Assembly: GCA_965649765.1 (NCBI GenBank)
Contig: OZ287750.1
Coordinates: 81,096,001 to 81,160,000 of the forward strand
DNA: 64,000 nucleotides
Reading direction: 5' to 3'
Source: Bispira polyomma
Lineage: Eukaryota
The position numbers and the translations under genes are program-made. The notes under the pieces were generated by a model. It saw only the letters and a list, made by a program, of their open reading frames with translations. It was not told the DNA's origin and searched no databases. Shown here in pieces: positions 50,988 to 62,960 of this stretch (the first letter of the stretch is position 1; every line of letters starts with the position of its first letter).

Positions 50988-52790
50988 ACTTTTCTCAACA
51001 ACACTGGGAAATGTAACAATATCATAAGTTGTCATTAGAGATAGGCAGACTATATGAACTTCCATACGAGATGAAAACAGATACAATACCCAACCCAATC
51101 ATTAAAGGCATATAGCAAAAAACACAGCAACCCAACACCTTTCCCCCCTCCCAGTAATGGGTGTGTATGTTTGCGAGGGGGGGTGGGGGGTGGGGGGAGT
51201 TAAAGGGAAACTAAACAATGACACGCATCACGACTCTGACCCTATAAACCTCATGTGTAAATCAATGTACTCTCTAGTTAACAGTTTTTGTAAACTTTAA
51301 ACATAAATAAACTATATATCATAAAACTTTAAGCTACTTTACTTGGAAAATGTCAACTTGACGTGTAAAAACTAAATATATTATATCATAAATTATATGA
51401 ATATAAATAAAACAAAGAGAAAGAGATTATACGTGGAAAAGAGATTTGCAATAAATAAACTACGGCTAGGGATTCTATGGCATGAGCAACATTAATAAGC
51501 ATGATTTATGTGTGTCTGTCAAAGTGTTTAACTTTCAGAACTAACTTTCCATAAGTATATACACTATATAAAAAGTATAACTATTTACTAATATTTTACC
51601 TATTTTAGCCAATAACATGGGATACTGAATTTCTTAAGTAATTTCTAGTGAAAATTTGAAATAACTTTATATTGTAACTAAAACAAAATTACCAATAGTG
51701 AAAATGAATTCCCAAAAACCCCTGTAAATTAGTGAAATTTACTTCTAGCTAAAATGTTCATTTATACAGGAAATATATATATTAGAATAATAAGCACATA
51801 GAGAGTGTAATATGTAATTTATGTCTACATACATATCAGACCAAAACCCTGAGGGCTATAATGTGCCTTTTAAGTCTTTACTGGTTCAGTTGGAAATAGT
51901 CCAAATACTGCCAAAATTATTTGATTCTACTTCCAATCTGTATTGTATATAAAATGTGTAATGTTTCTGTGTGTGTTTTGCTCCCCCTCCCCCATTTTGA
52001 TGTTTAAAACTGATACTTTTACACTTACTAGTAACAAAATGGATCAACAATAGACATGATGAGACATCTTTGGGAGGGGGAAAACATAGGCATCTGGTTA
52101 CTTGCTTGAATTGGTCTTTTTTCCTCTCGTGGGAAAATAATGAATAATATCAGTGAATTTACAAACTATATATAAAGATATAAACATAAATGACTCAGTG
52201 TTAATGTGTCTTAGGATATGTTAAAGTGTATTTCAGGTAAAACTACATTTTCAGGTGTTAAAAAAATAGGATAAACATCAGTGTATTGAATTAACAATGA
52301 TACATTTTGTAAAGAACAAAAAAATAAGTTCACCAACTTGTGTGTAATTATATCAACTATTTACCATGCTTTCTGATACTGGACTAGCTGTAGTTATAGG
52401 TAAGGTATTGGTGTTAATATATTTATGAAACAGCAGAAGTAAAACATTGTAATATTATACTTTGTTTACTATTTGATTGGACACTTCTTTGCCCAAGTCA
52501 AAGATCTTGATTTATGATATTGTTTATTATGGTAAAATTTACAAATGTAACTTAGAGAGTATAGATTACACAAAAGAAGTATGGGTTTAGGGTAAAGAGT
52601 CACGATTTACATTTTCTTGACTGTCTAAGTACAGCCAAGCAGCACCCGTAACTTAACTGTCATTCTTAATGCTCCCAAGGTTTAGCCTGCAACGGGGGAT
52701 AGAACCAAATGACAGGGGACCATCATATGTATCTGTCTAAATCTGTATCTGGTCTGGCGGGAATCAAAACCAGGTAATGCCAAAGTAATG

Positions 52791-53273
52791 ATCCCTGGTG
52801 CGTTCGTTGCTTAACAGATGATATTGTTCCGGAAACGTCTCCATTTTATCCGCTGGAACGATTGTTTCAAACTGTTTGAAATAATCGTGTCACAGCTCAT
52901 GTTTCTACACGTTTCTTTGTTCGTCCTGGAACGTTTCTGAAAGTAGCTCTACGTAGTAGTGGGTAGTGCGGAAGTCCCAGATCGTCTCACGGGAAACATT
53001 TCACTAAGTACCAGAAGGCAACAGATCGCACCAGTAACTAGCAGTATAGTATATCTACGCAGTAGAAGGTGTTGATATCCTACCAGTAAAGTGTTCAATT
53101 TTTGCCCCCACTCGGTGTGTATAAGTGCCAACATCGTTACATAATGTCACAAAACGTCACATTCGACTACCCCTTTATGGAAATGACATCACTTTGACAC
53201 AAAAACTACCATGTTTTCAGGGTATATTGCTTAGGTACGTTTGGGGACGTTAACACGTGTAGGTGTGGCCAGG
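52791..53273. mobile_element. Left-truncated copy of the 56868 MITE
   Basis: Colinear similarity (AAACTGTTTGAAATAATCGT, CCTTTATGGAAATGACATCACTTTGACAC, TTAACACGTGTAGGTGTG). Confidence 0.85.
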
Positions 53274-53299
53274 CCATAAAGCAAGTTACTCAGCAATAT

Positions 53300-53823
53300 G
53301 GAACCAGCAAGTAAAGTAAATAACCTTGGCGTTATCTTTGACCAAAGACAACTCTTAAAGTAGTCATGTAGTCAGTGTGTGCTGGGTCTGTTATTACCAT
53401 TTAGGCGATGATCTGTGCAGAATACACAGGTATCTCAATATGACCTTCTTGTGTTCAAAGCTTGTAAACTCAACGAACATCACTCATTAGTCTAGTAACC
53501 TTACCCAGGGAAACTGTCTCTCCATTTCATCAACTCGACCATATAGAAAACATTAGCTGCTTTGCTGTCGTTGCTCTTGTTAAATGAAACAATCTCCCAC
53601 AGACTATTAGATCACAGGATACAATCCCTGGTTTCCAAAGCGATCCTAAAACATACCTTTTCAGACTAGCCTACCCCTCCTTACTTCTTTTTAGATGCTT
53701 TTTGGTAATGGCCTTTTGCTTGCCCTTGGACCTTTCTTTTTGTGATATCAGCGCTTTAGAGGATGATCTCATCAATTTGGTGCTCAACAAATGCTTCAAT
53801 TATTATTATTATCATTATTATTA
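53300..53823 (+). mobile_element. L2-clade LINE fragment of a second family with an (ATT)n tail
   Basis: NLGVIFD motif near 53321, KTYLFRLAY end, 3' UTR shared with minus-strand copies at about 34880-35200 and 40445-40750. Confidence 0.75.
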
Positions 53824-54252
53824 CATTGTAAGAGTCTGAGTGTGAAAATGCAAATCTTTTAAAGTGAACTAGACCAAAAATTGAAAAGTACAGTATTACC
53901 AAAATTTATATTTCTTATTGATATACTGTACTGGTATTTTTGATATCAAACTCCTTATTTCAGTAATTCAAGGGTGACACAAGGAAAAATGAAAGATTTC
54001 TTTTTTCCCTAGAAACAAGTATGTATATTTTAATCATCACTTACAAGTTGCCTAGAATTATATTCAAGGTTTTGCAGTGTTCGAGAAGTATTTTCGAGGG
54101 AGTTAGTTCCACTCCCAGCGACACCATAATGGTTACTAGGAGATACCATTCTTGGGTTAGATGAGAACTCACCATTACCTACTGGTGACAACCAAGGCTA
54201 TGTTGTAAGATTATTACCGTTACCTTATTATCAATGATATTGAGCTTTAAAA

Positions 54253-54506
54253 GAGGGCCACGGTGGCCTAGTGGTTAGCAAGCATTGCACTTCACAATCA
54301 CTGGTCTCTCACCTCTGGGCGGCGTGAGTTCAAATCCCGTCGATGCCTATGTGGGAAAGGTGGTAGTTCTTTACTGTGGGCCGCTGGTTTCAGTGCAGAG
54401 CCTTGACCGACTGTATGCAGTGTTTCCTCCAGCGTTTCCAACTACCCATCTCAATATAACCTAAACAGGTATTTGAGTGGACGTCAAACATCCCAATTAA
54501 AAAAAA
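54253..54506 (+). mobile_element. Full-length SINE, family A (tRNA head, core resembling Meta-type SINEs)
   Basis: GGCCACGGTGGCCTAGTGGTTAG A-box, GAGTTCAAATCCC B-box, body shared with the other copies, A-rich tail. Confidence 0.9.
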
Positions 54507-54882
54507 TACATGTATATACAATACAATATGCAACACAATACTAGTTCGACACAGCTTTGGCAGTCTGGACATACATGTTAGATAACATGTAATAATGACA
54601 ATATATATCATCAACTATGTCAACCAACATAAAAGCTGTTATATACGCCAAAATATTATGTAACTACATGTATCTTCCAAACTGTGGTAGGTGCCAAATT
54701 AGGCAATGTTTTCACAAGTCATTTGACATGAAATAGAGTTGAAGTAATGGCTTGAAGTGAACACTGGTATAATATTATCCTGCTAATATGTTGTCAGGTT
54801 TCAGTGTTTCTAAGTATGTGTAAAAGGCAGTGTGAGATCATGTATAGATGGTATATAATGCAGTAGGAGTAGGACAGAATCT

Positions 54883-55117
54883 GGGCCGTATTCACTAACA
54901 AGTGAAATTCCATTCCTAACTTAGATTTCAAGTATTGTGGCCATTTTTTACTAACTTAGATTTAAGTGGTATTCACGAAAGAAAACTTACTTACTTTAGA
55001 AAAAAAACTTACTTAGATTTCAAGTAAGCAGATGAGGTACCTTAGATTTCTTTCCTAACTTGGATTCTAAGAAAAACGTAAGTAAGTAGAATTTTCACTT
55101 GTTAGTGAATACGGCCC
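54883..55117. mobile_element. MITE, PIF/Harbinger-like
   Basis: 25-bp TIRs GGGCCGTATTCACTAACAAGTGAAA, CTG at both flanks, internal ACTTAGATTT repeats. Confidence 0.8.
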
Positions 55118-55214
55118 CTGTTCTTCTTTTTGAATTAGTCTGGGTTTTATATCACTTTCTACAAGTCTTTGTCATATTGTGATGGCCAGATTCATTTGAT
55201 GTATGAAAACAATC

Positions 55215-55456
55215 TGTGGCCTAGTGGTTAAAGAGTCGGACTTTGGATCTGAGTGATCTCAAAGCCCCAGTTCGATCCTCCATCCTGGATCCAGGGTAGA
55301 GGGTGTCAGTATTTGTGCGCCATATGTGGCAGCACAGCTAGTATGCTTCCTGAGGGAGCTAAGACTAAACAATTGGTTGACAAGTGGAAGAACCCTGGCT
55401 GGGGGTGTAAAGTTAATGTCAGCTGAGACCTCAATAGGGGTGATATCAGACTATAA
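55215..55456 (+). mobile_element. tRNA-derived SINE of a second family (Deu/Nin-like core possible)
   Basis: TGTGGCCTAGTGGTTAAAG A-box, AGTTCGATCC B-box, GTATGCTTCCTGAGGGAGCT core-like motif. Confidence 0.55.
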
Positions 55457-55459
55457 CAG

Positions 55460-55767
55460 TTTAAACGGTTTGGTCACAGCTTTGCATTTGATGCTTCTAT
55501 TGTTTGGAATGCTCTTCCTGATGTGATTCGTGCTTCCCCCTCACTGGCCTGTTTTAGAAAGCATCTTAAAACCCACTTGTACACTAAAGCATACCCACCT
55601 TAGTCTCAAACATCCCCCGGCATGCTCTGTGGTGCTAACCTTTTTCTGTCCCTTGATTTTGGAAATTAGATTACTGTCTTTTGTGCTGGTGCTTCTTAGA
55701 ATCCCCTCTCTTAAGGGGAGATTAAGCGCAATAAAAGTCTAATTACAATTACGATTACAATTACAAT
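55460..55767 (+). mobile_element. L2-clade LINE 3' end with an (ATTACA)n tail
   Basis: Reads SFAFDASIVWNALPDVIRASPSLACFRKHLKTHLYTKAYPP*, followed by a UTR and a tandem tail. Confidence 0.8.
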
Positions 55768-56183
55768 AACCATACAAACATCTTACATTTTACTAATTGT
55801 ACGGGAAACCACCCTTCCAAAGGCAAACTGTCCCACATGAAGTCTGCAGCGGGGGATGATTCCACTGTCGTCAGAGACTTTTGACATTCAGCAAACCCTT
55901 ATTCCCACTAGGCCGCCATCGGCCCTCCAGTTTTGAAAAACTCTCGGCCCTCTGAAAAAAATCTGGTGACTTTTATTACTAAAAAATATTATGGAACTAT
56001 AATACAAATTTGTTTTGTGGGACAAAGTAACTATGATTTAAAACAATAATTTGATTCGGATTGTACATCTTAAAACCATTGGATATTTTGATAAATTTAA
56101 AAAAGCAAAAAATGTTTTATAATCCCCTCAAAATTGTTACATGGTTGTATACATCCCTCTTGACTGCTTAAAATATATGTATA

Positions 56184-56368
56184 CAGTAGAATCTGTATTA
56201 TCCCAAAATTTTTGGGGGAGAGGTAAAATATGTTTGGGGCTAAGAGAATCATCATTAAACGGAAGAAACTAATCTGTATAAAGCAATATGGCCACATATA
56301 TGTGGCGCAGTAAAAATGTGCAAATCAAATATGCAGACAATAAAGTTCGAATAATAGAAGATCCACTG
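56184..56368. mobile_element. Small Tc1/mariner-type MITE (TA-CAGTAGAATC...GATCCACTG-TA)
   Basis: TA at both flanks and imperfect TIRs; similar TACAGTAGAACC starts at about 12013 and 16252 in LLTP introns. Confidence 0.6.
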
Positions 56369-56419
56369 TAATAATAATGGGTTTGTAACCACCACTACGA
56401 CCTCTGGGGTTTAATTAAT

Positions 56420-57620
56420 GCACTCGCATTTGTATTTCTTAATGCACCTTATTGATGCAAGGCATCTTCTAAAGTGCAACAACAGAATGAGTTAACCAAT
56501 AAAGAAGTGCAAAAAAACCTTAGTCAAGGTCGTAAGGAGGGTGTACATGGAGAAAATTAAGGGGGTAGGCGAATTTAAAAATATAGGTTTTAAGCTTTTT
56601 CTTGAAACCAGACAGTGTTTCAGATGATCTAAACTCAAGAAGGTAACTATTCCATAATATAGGGACGGCAACCTCTTGGTAGATTGAACAGGTTAAACAG
56701 AAAGTCTCTTTTTAGGTTACTGAACGAAGGGTGAGCAGCAAGGCAGGAGGGCTGTTGGGAGATGACAGATTTGAAAGCAATTTTTTTTAGATATGGAGAA
56801 ACATCAGTACCGATTCTCAGATGACTCGACAATGACAATTTTAAATGGACTGTAACTTGTCTATTGTCCTGGTCACACCTACACATTCTACAGCTATGTT
56901 TGTGTCACGTTGTGTAAATTTTGGAAACGTTTTGAAATGTAATAAGAAGGGAGAATCCCTGGTGCATTTGTTTTGTGATGTTGATTAATGGATGGTATCG
57001 ATCAGGAAACGTCTACATTTCGTCTGCTGTGACGATTGTTTTAAACTGTTTGAAATAATCGTATCACAGCTCCTGTTTCTCCCCGTTTCACTGTTCCTCC
57101 CGGAACATTTCCGAAAGTAGCATAGACGTATCAGCAAGTAGCTCTACGTTGTAGTAGGTAGCGAAGAAGTCATAGTAAGTAGTGATATTGTCTCCACTTG
57201 TTGTATTCGTTTCACTAGGTAGCAGAATGATGCAAAACGCACCAGTAAGTAGCAGTACAGTAGCTCTACCTAGTAGTAGGTAGTGATATCCTACCAGTAA
57301 AGGGTCCATTTTTCCCCCCCGCTCCGTGTGTATAAGTACCAACATCATTACGAAACATCATAAAACGTCACAAAAACGTCACAAAACGTCACAATTGACT
57401 ACTCCTTTATGGAAATGACATCACTTTGACACGAAACTACCACGTTTTCAGTGTACATTGCTTAGATACGCTCAGGGACGTTAACACGTGTAGGTGTGAC
57501 CAGGCTTTATGCAAGACTTTTTTGCTCTGAGCAAAAGGGAATTGCAGTAGTCTAAACGGCTGCTGACAAGGGATTTAGCCACAATGATGAAAATATCCAG
57601 TGGCAAGTGATTTCTAATGC
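56420..57620 (-). mobile_element. L2/CR1-clade LINE 3' fragment split by a MITE
   Basis: Reverse strand near 57530-57580 reads AKSLVSSRLDYCNSLL, a typical L2/CR1 post-RT motif; the 3' UTR matches the 32300-32410 copy. Confidence 0.8.
56868..57504. mobile_element. MITE with 17-bp TIRs (CCTGGTCACACCTACAC), possibly Harbinger-like
   Basis: Perfect TIRs at 56868-56884 and 57488-57504; interrupts an L2 fragment; second copy at 52791. Confidence 0.85.
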
Positions 57621-58669
57621 TTTTGATGTCACAAATGTGATAGTAAGTTTTTTGTTTACTACTGTAATATCATTGTATTTTAACCATCACTACCAATCCT
57701 CCTTTAGATTGATGCTCTGTGTCTTTGTATATTAGGTGTTGCTGTTGGACTGGGCTGTACTTTGATGGTCACTTTATGTGTTCTGTGTATCCTGGTATTT
57801 TATAGAAAGCAAAAAGAAAACGAAAAAAGTGCACACGGCAGTAGGTAAATATATAATTTATGCTGTATTAAGACAGTCAAATTACCCTTTATTTCCCTTA
57901 TACACCAGTCAATTATAAAACTTTAAATGTTTGGGCACATTAACAATAAAATCAAAGGTGATAGTATTGTTGTACTGCATGCTGTATATTGAATTATGTG
58001 TGATACAGGTATTAGGTGTGTAGTGCTCACATAAATTGTGATTAATCGTCTAATTGGGTTTAGCAATTATGACACATTCAAGATTCATCCAAATATTATG
58101 GTGATGACATTCATGTATAATTTCAGTTGTATCAAGTTATGTGTTAAACCCATAAAAGGGGTAGTAAGTAACTCTTAACCTGAGTTAATAGCGCAAGCTA
58201 CATTGCCAATGTTTAGATGCGCCTTTATGTTCTTTACTAAGGTCACTAAATCAGTTTGTAAAGTTGATACAGATGTATGTTAAGGGTTTAAACTCATACA
58301 TAGATTTCATGACAGTATAGGTAATATAAAAGACCTGTTGCATTTGTGTGACACAAAAGATCAATGGCATAATAAGGTTCTTTGTGTACAGATTGTTTTG
58401 TTGTTTTTTTCTGTTTCTACTGTTTTGTACCCAATTTGTAACTGTGTTCTTTCATATTAATTTAATTGCACGAATTTGAATTAAATAAAAAATAGAGGTA
58501 GAATATATATTTTTGATTTAAATGACACTATCTGAGCAATAATTGATGTGTTTCAGTAACTTTTTTGACTTTCCACTACTAATAATAAAACACACATGGA
58601 TTCACACATAAAATTGGCTTACATACAAATATGTATACACAGCTTCAGACGATGATTTAAAGTGTTTAA

Positions 58670-59289
58670 TACGGAAGCCCTTTTAGGACATGGATTTTTT
58701 TTGTGTGTGTGTAAACACAAAGTTACTTTGCCTGGGCAATTTAGCTACGGCTATAGGTCAGAATCTACCTTGACTTGTGTGTGTACAGAAAGTCCAATTA
58801 AATAATCGCAAATCCAGTGACAACAACTCTGTTTAATCTCATTAACAAAATCCTAGTTAGTTGAAGCTGACCTGTTTATAGAACACAATCTTAAAATTAA
58901 GGAAAGTCAAATTTTACAGTTACATCTGATAAACTGTCTGTAATAAATAATGTTGTATTAAATCAGAAAATTATAATTGAAAATTGTGAAGAAAAACCTG
59001 TTTAAAGATAAGAATCATTAATCCATACTATAATAAAGTCGAGCAATTTAGCAATATATATCAATTGCGATTTGTAAAATGCCCAGGCAATATGTAAAAT
59101 GTCCGGGCAATATATGAAATGCCCGGGCGGTTTTTAAAATTGCCTATGCAGTTTAGCAGTATATTAATGGCTAAAATCGCCCCGAGTATATGTAAATTTC
59201 TAAATTGCCCGGGCGATTTAGCAATTTACAAATTGCCTAGGCGAAAACGAAACAATTTTTTTCTACCATGTCCTAAATGGGCTTTCGTA
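58670..59289. mobile_element. Non-autonomous DNA transposon, IS3EU-like
   Basis: 24-bp TIRs TACGGAAGCCCTTTTAGGACATGG (2 mismatches), 6-bp TSD GTTTAA at 58664-58669 and 59290-59295, internal AAATGCCCGGGCAAT-type repeats. Confidence 0.8.
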
Positions 59290-60121
59290 GTTTAAAGCCT
59301 TTGATATATCACACAGATGTTTTAGGTTTCAGATTATTCTGATTCATATACATTTATTCAAATCTACCCACAGCCATCTTTCACCTTTCTGTCAAGTGAC
59401 ATTAATAATGATTAGTTTTGTCAAACTGAAGTGACACAGTGAGAATTATCTGAATGATATCATGGAAAATTTTGTGTGGTTTTTGTCTTGTTTTGTAAAA
59501 TAAAACGGGAACACCTTGCTCTATCAAATAATACAGTAATACAGTAGAAGTACAGTAGTACAGGGAATTGTGTTAAATTTAAAAAAAAATTTTTTTTTTT
59601 GGAAAAACCTGTATAATATGCTTCTGCTGCAATGTGCCAAAGTTATAAGTATAATTATGTGAACAACTATAACTGTACAAATATGGGTGAAGATAAAAAC
59701 AAGGGAATTATTTTGATAAGTTGCTGTGACTAAATTGTTTTGTAATGACGTCATTAATAGCTTTTATAAAGTATAATAAATATAATGGTAGATATCTTGG
59801 AGATACAGCCTAACCAGGAAATAGTGTCAATTTTCTCTGAAATCAATCGTCAGTGCCTCTCTCTAACCTTGACCTTAATTTGACCTTGAGAGATGTGTAA
59901 GAGAAGCCACTGATATTGGGGATATAAGCTTATTCGATGTTATTTTCTGTTAATATATTACAGACTAAGTAATATGTATAAATGTAAGGGCCACCTGAAA
60001 GTGTTAATGTTACCTTAAGTTGAAATGATTAACTTTAATTGTCTTATTCTAAACTTAAGCTGACTTAAGATAAGGTGGTTTCAAAATTTGAGGTGGATTG
60101 AGTTGGACTTACTTTTACCTG

Positions 60122-60498
60122 TAGACCGAGTATTCTGCCCTCGCTGATGCTTTGATATACTGACGGCACGGCGAGGGACAGAGCGGCCTCCATAAGCAAA
60201 ACGTTGTAAATTTAACCTGACGTAACATGGCCGACAGTGTTGTTTCAATGATTTTTGTTTGGTTTTTATTTTATATTAATTGATATGTAGCATATCGGCA
60301 TAAACTAAATGAAAATCGGCAACTATATCATATATAAGGAATGAGGGGATATGTTTATTTTTACCAGATTCTATCTCTATATATGCCGATTTTGATTTAC
60401 AACGTTTAGCTTATGGAAGCCGTTCTGTCCCTTTTCGTGAGTCCGTCGTCAAAACAACAGCAAGGACTCTCGCCAAAAGGGACAGATTATTCGGTCTA
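60122..60498. mobile_element. Short non-autonomous TAG...CTA element (empty relative of the composite shell)
   Basis: Ends TAGACCGA and TCGGTCTA; 9-bp TSD TTTTACCTG at 60113-60121 and 60499-60507; its reverse complement aligns with 43243-43487 and 49660-49700. Confidence 0.9.
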
Positions 60499-62029
60499 TT
60501 TTACCTGATACTTATGTAATTATCTTGTATGCCTCACAGCTACTAGGAAATGGGTGTTTTTGGTTTCACAGTTTTTTTTTTATTTTATGCTATATGCGAT
60601 CTGATAGTCGACTTCTTGAAGAGGTCTAGGGTATCAATCCCTATAGGTCAAGGTCAATAAAAGAGGATACGAAAGAGGATGCGAAAGCATCTAATTTATT
60701 ATTATTATTATTATCATTCTGAATATATATACATATATATGAATCAAGACCTAAACATGTATTAAAAAACCTAAAAAAAACCTGATACTACTACTACTAT
60801 TATGCCCATCTACATAAAAGCCCAAGGGTCCATGCATGCTAAAATGTCATACGTGACCAGTGTCCAATGGGGATTGAATCATACACATAACATTTCACTC
60901 CACGGCCCGTAAGCCTGACTAGGATTAAAACTACTATTAATATAAAAGGTTACTTTTAAGTTATAAGTACTAATGCATAGCATAATTATAAACATTGTTA
61001 TAGTTACTACACCAACTAATCAATACCAGGTCGCCCTGCTAACGTCTATGGAAAGCCATCGCTTTATACACGTTACATAACATATTTATATGTAAAGACC
61101 ACTACTTAAATTACCATGATTACCAATAGAGGTGAGTATGTAACTTTTGATTTTGTGTACCAGGGTGGACATTTTTACTCTATTTAGTGTTCTTCTCACA
61201 AATACAACTATATTCAATGAATGCGATCATTTTGACCATTTTTTTGGCCTCTAAGGCAAATGCGTGATTACGAATGGCTTTCATGTGGGACGAAGCCAAT
61301 GGGTCTTAATGATTGTTTTATGTGAGGAGAACTTGATATCAAAACTGATTGTACTAATAGATTATGATAATCTGTTACACCTTGTTACACTGCTTCTATT
61401 AAAGTTGAATCTTGTTGGTTTCTAACATCAATCCCAAAGGACTAATAATTAATAACCTTCTGTTTCAAGGGAATAATTGATCCTGTCTTTTGAAGTCCCC
61501 CTCTTGATTATTCAGTAAAATTTTACAAAACCTGTTTTTCAATTCATGAATTTAAATAAATATATATTCAAAGTTTATTATGCCCTCATTAGTCCCGAAG
61601 AGGCAAAAGACTCAATATTGGGGTAAATAGTAAACTTATACCAACAAAAATGATGACTCAGGTATCTAACTATGGCACATATTCAATTATTAGGCAACCA
61701 GAGTAACAGTCAACGTGATACAAATTTTGTCATTTCAATATATTCTGCCTCATACCATAGTCTAAGTCAGTTTAGTAAAAATGTAATTTCTTTTGTGTAG
61801 TTTACTAAAGCACTGCTGGTGATAATTTCTTTATGTTCCACAATCAGATGGCTGTTCTGATGTAGTCCTGAGGTAGTGCTTCCACCATGAAATTGTAATT
61901 GATAGCCATATTGATAGGCAAAGAAACCACTTCAGTTTTAAATTAAGAGAATATGCTAATGTCACTATGACGTCATATAAGAAAACTTTCACTTTTACCT
62001 TTGAATGGCAAAATTATTATGGCTTTACT

Positions 62030-62697
62030 TAAAAAAAATAGGTCATGGTCAGTAAAAATTCACCTTGTAAAATAGCGAAAAATTCTGCCGCCAATGACGG
62101 CTTGTTTAACTGATGTATAGCTGATTGGCGACAGAGCGGCTACTATAAGCAAAATGTTATAAATCCTAATCAGCATATTTAGAGATGGAATCTGGTAAAA
62201 AATAAATACATACCCTGATTCCTTATATATATGATATAGTAGCCGATTTTCTATTATGTCATGCCAACATGATAAATAATATAACATAATTTGAATTTGG
62301 ATATTTAACGTCCACTCTAGTACCTGTTTAGGTTATAATGGGAGAGGTAGTTGGAAACGCTGGAGGAAACACTGCATACAGTTGATCAAGGTTCTGCACT
62401 AAAACCAGCAGCCCACAGTAAGGAACTACTACCTTTCCCACATAGGCATCGACGGGATTCGAACTCACGCCGCCCAGAGGTGAGAGACCAGTGATTGTAA
62501 AGTGCAATGCTTGCTAACCACTAGGCCACTGCGGCCCCTTCATATAACATAAAAACTACAACCACAAACATTGGCACAACTCTGTCCGTCAAATTTACAA
62601 CATTTTGATAGCAGTCTCCGTTCTGTCCCTTTTCATGATTCCGTCGTCAAGATAACAGCAAGGAATCTCGCTAAATAGGGACCTATTATTCGGTCTA
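62030..62697. mobile_element. Short non-autonomous TAG...CTA family element carrying a nested SINE
   Basis: Right end nearly identical to 49735-49779, shared core GAATCTGGTAAAAA...TTCCTTATAT, 9-bp TSD GGCTTTACT at 62021-62029 and 62698-62706; left terminus degenerate. Confidence 0.8.
62290..62541 (-). mobile_element. Full-length SINE, family A, nested in the TAG...CTA element
   Basis: 11-bp TSD ATATAACATAA at 62279-62289 and 62542-62552. Confidence 0.92.
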
Positions 62698-62834
62698 GGC
62701 TTTACTGTGTTCTGGTATTGCATGAGGAGTTAATTCTTGTTATGATATGGTTTTATTGTTTTATGGGTTTACTTATTGTATTCTATAGATTCACTGTTTT
62801 ATTGTATTCTGTAATGTCTATCTATTTATAGCAG

Positions 62835-62960
62835 ATTTAGCCGTAAGTCCTCCATTGTCACCGTGTCAGAATGGGATGGTTCCACCAGAGACAGTCAGAA
62901 GATCTACAGATATCGCAAGAACAAGCAAGTAGGGGACCCAGATAACATGTCTGTGATAAG
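62835..62960 (+). CDS. Probable internal exon of an unidentified plus-strand gene (FSRKSSIVTVSEWDGSTRDSQKIYRYRKNKQVGDPDNMSVI)
   Basis: TAGCAG (NAGNAG) acceptor after a T-rich tract, AG|GTAGG donor, open frame, phase 2-2, raised GC. Confidence 0.6.

Noticed and set aside
54078-54204. Possible exon between TTTGCAG and GTAAGA
   Set aside because: All three frames contain a stop from that acceptor; it could be a UTR exon, but there is no support.
54253-54345. tRNA gene
   Set aside because: A and B boxes are present, but the sequence continues into a SINE body found in several copies with TSDs.
52949-57348. Two similar minus-strand ORFs (61 and 86 aa) as a small gene family
   Set aside because: Both lie inside copies of the same MITE, so their similarity reflects the repeat.
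60645-60656. AGGTCAAGGTCA as a hormone response element
   Set aside because: It sits in what looks like a decayed repeat remnant, and such words are frequent in these genomes.
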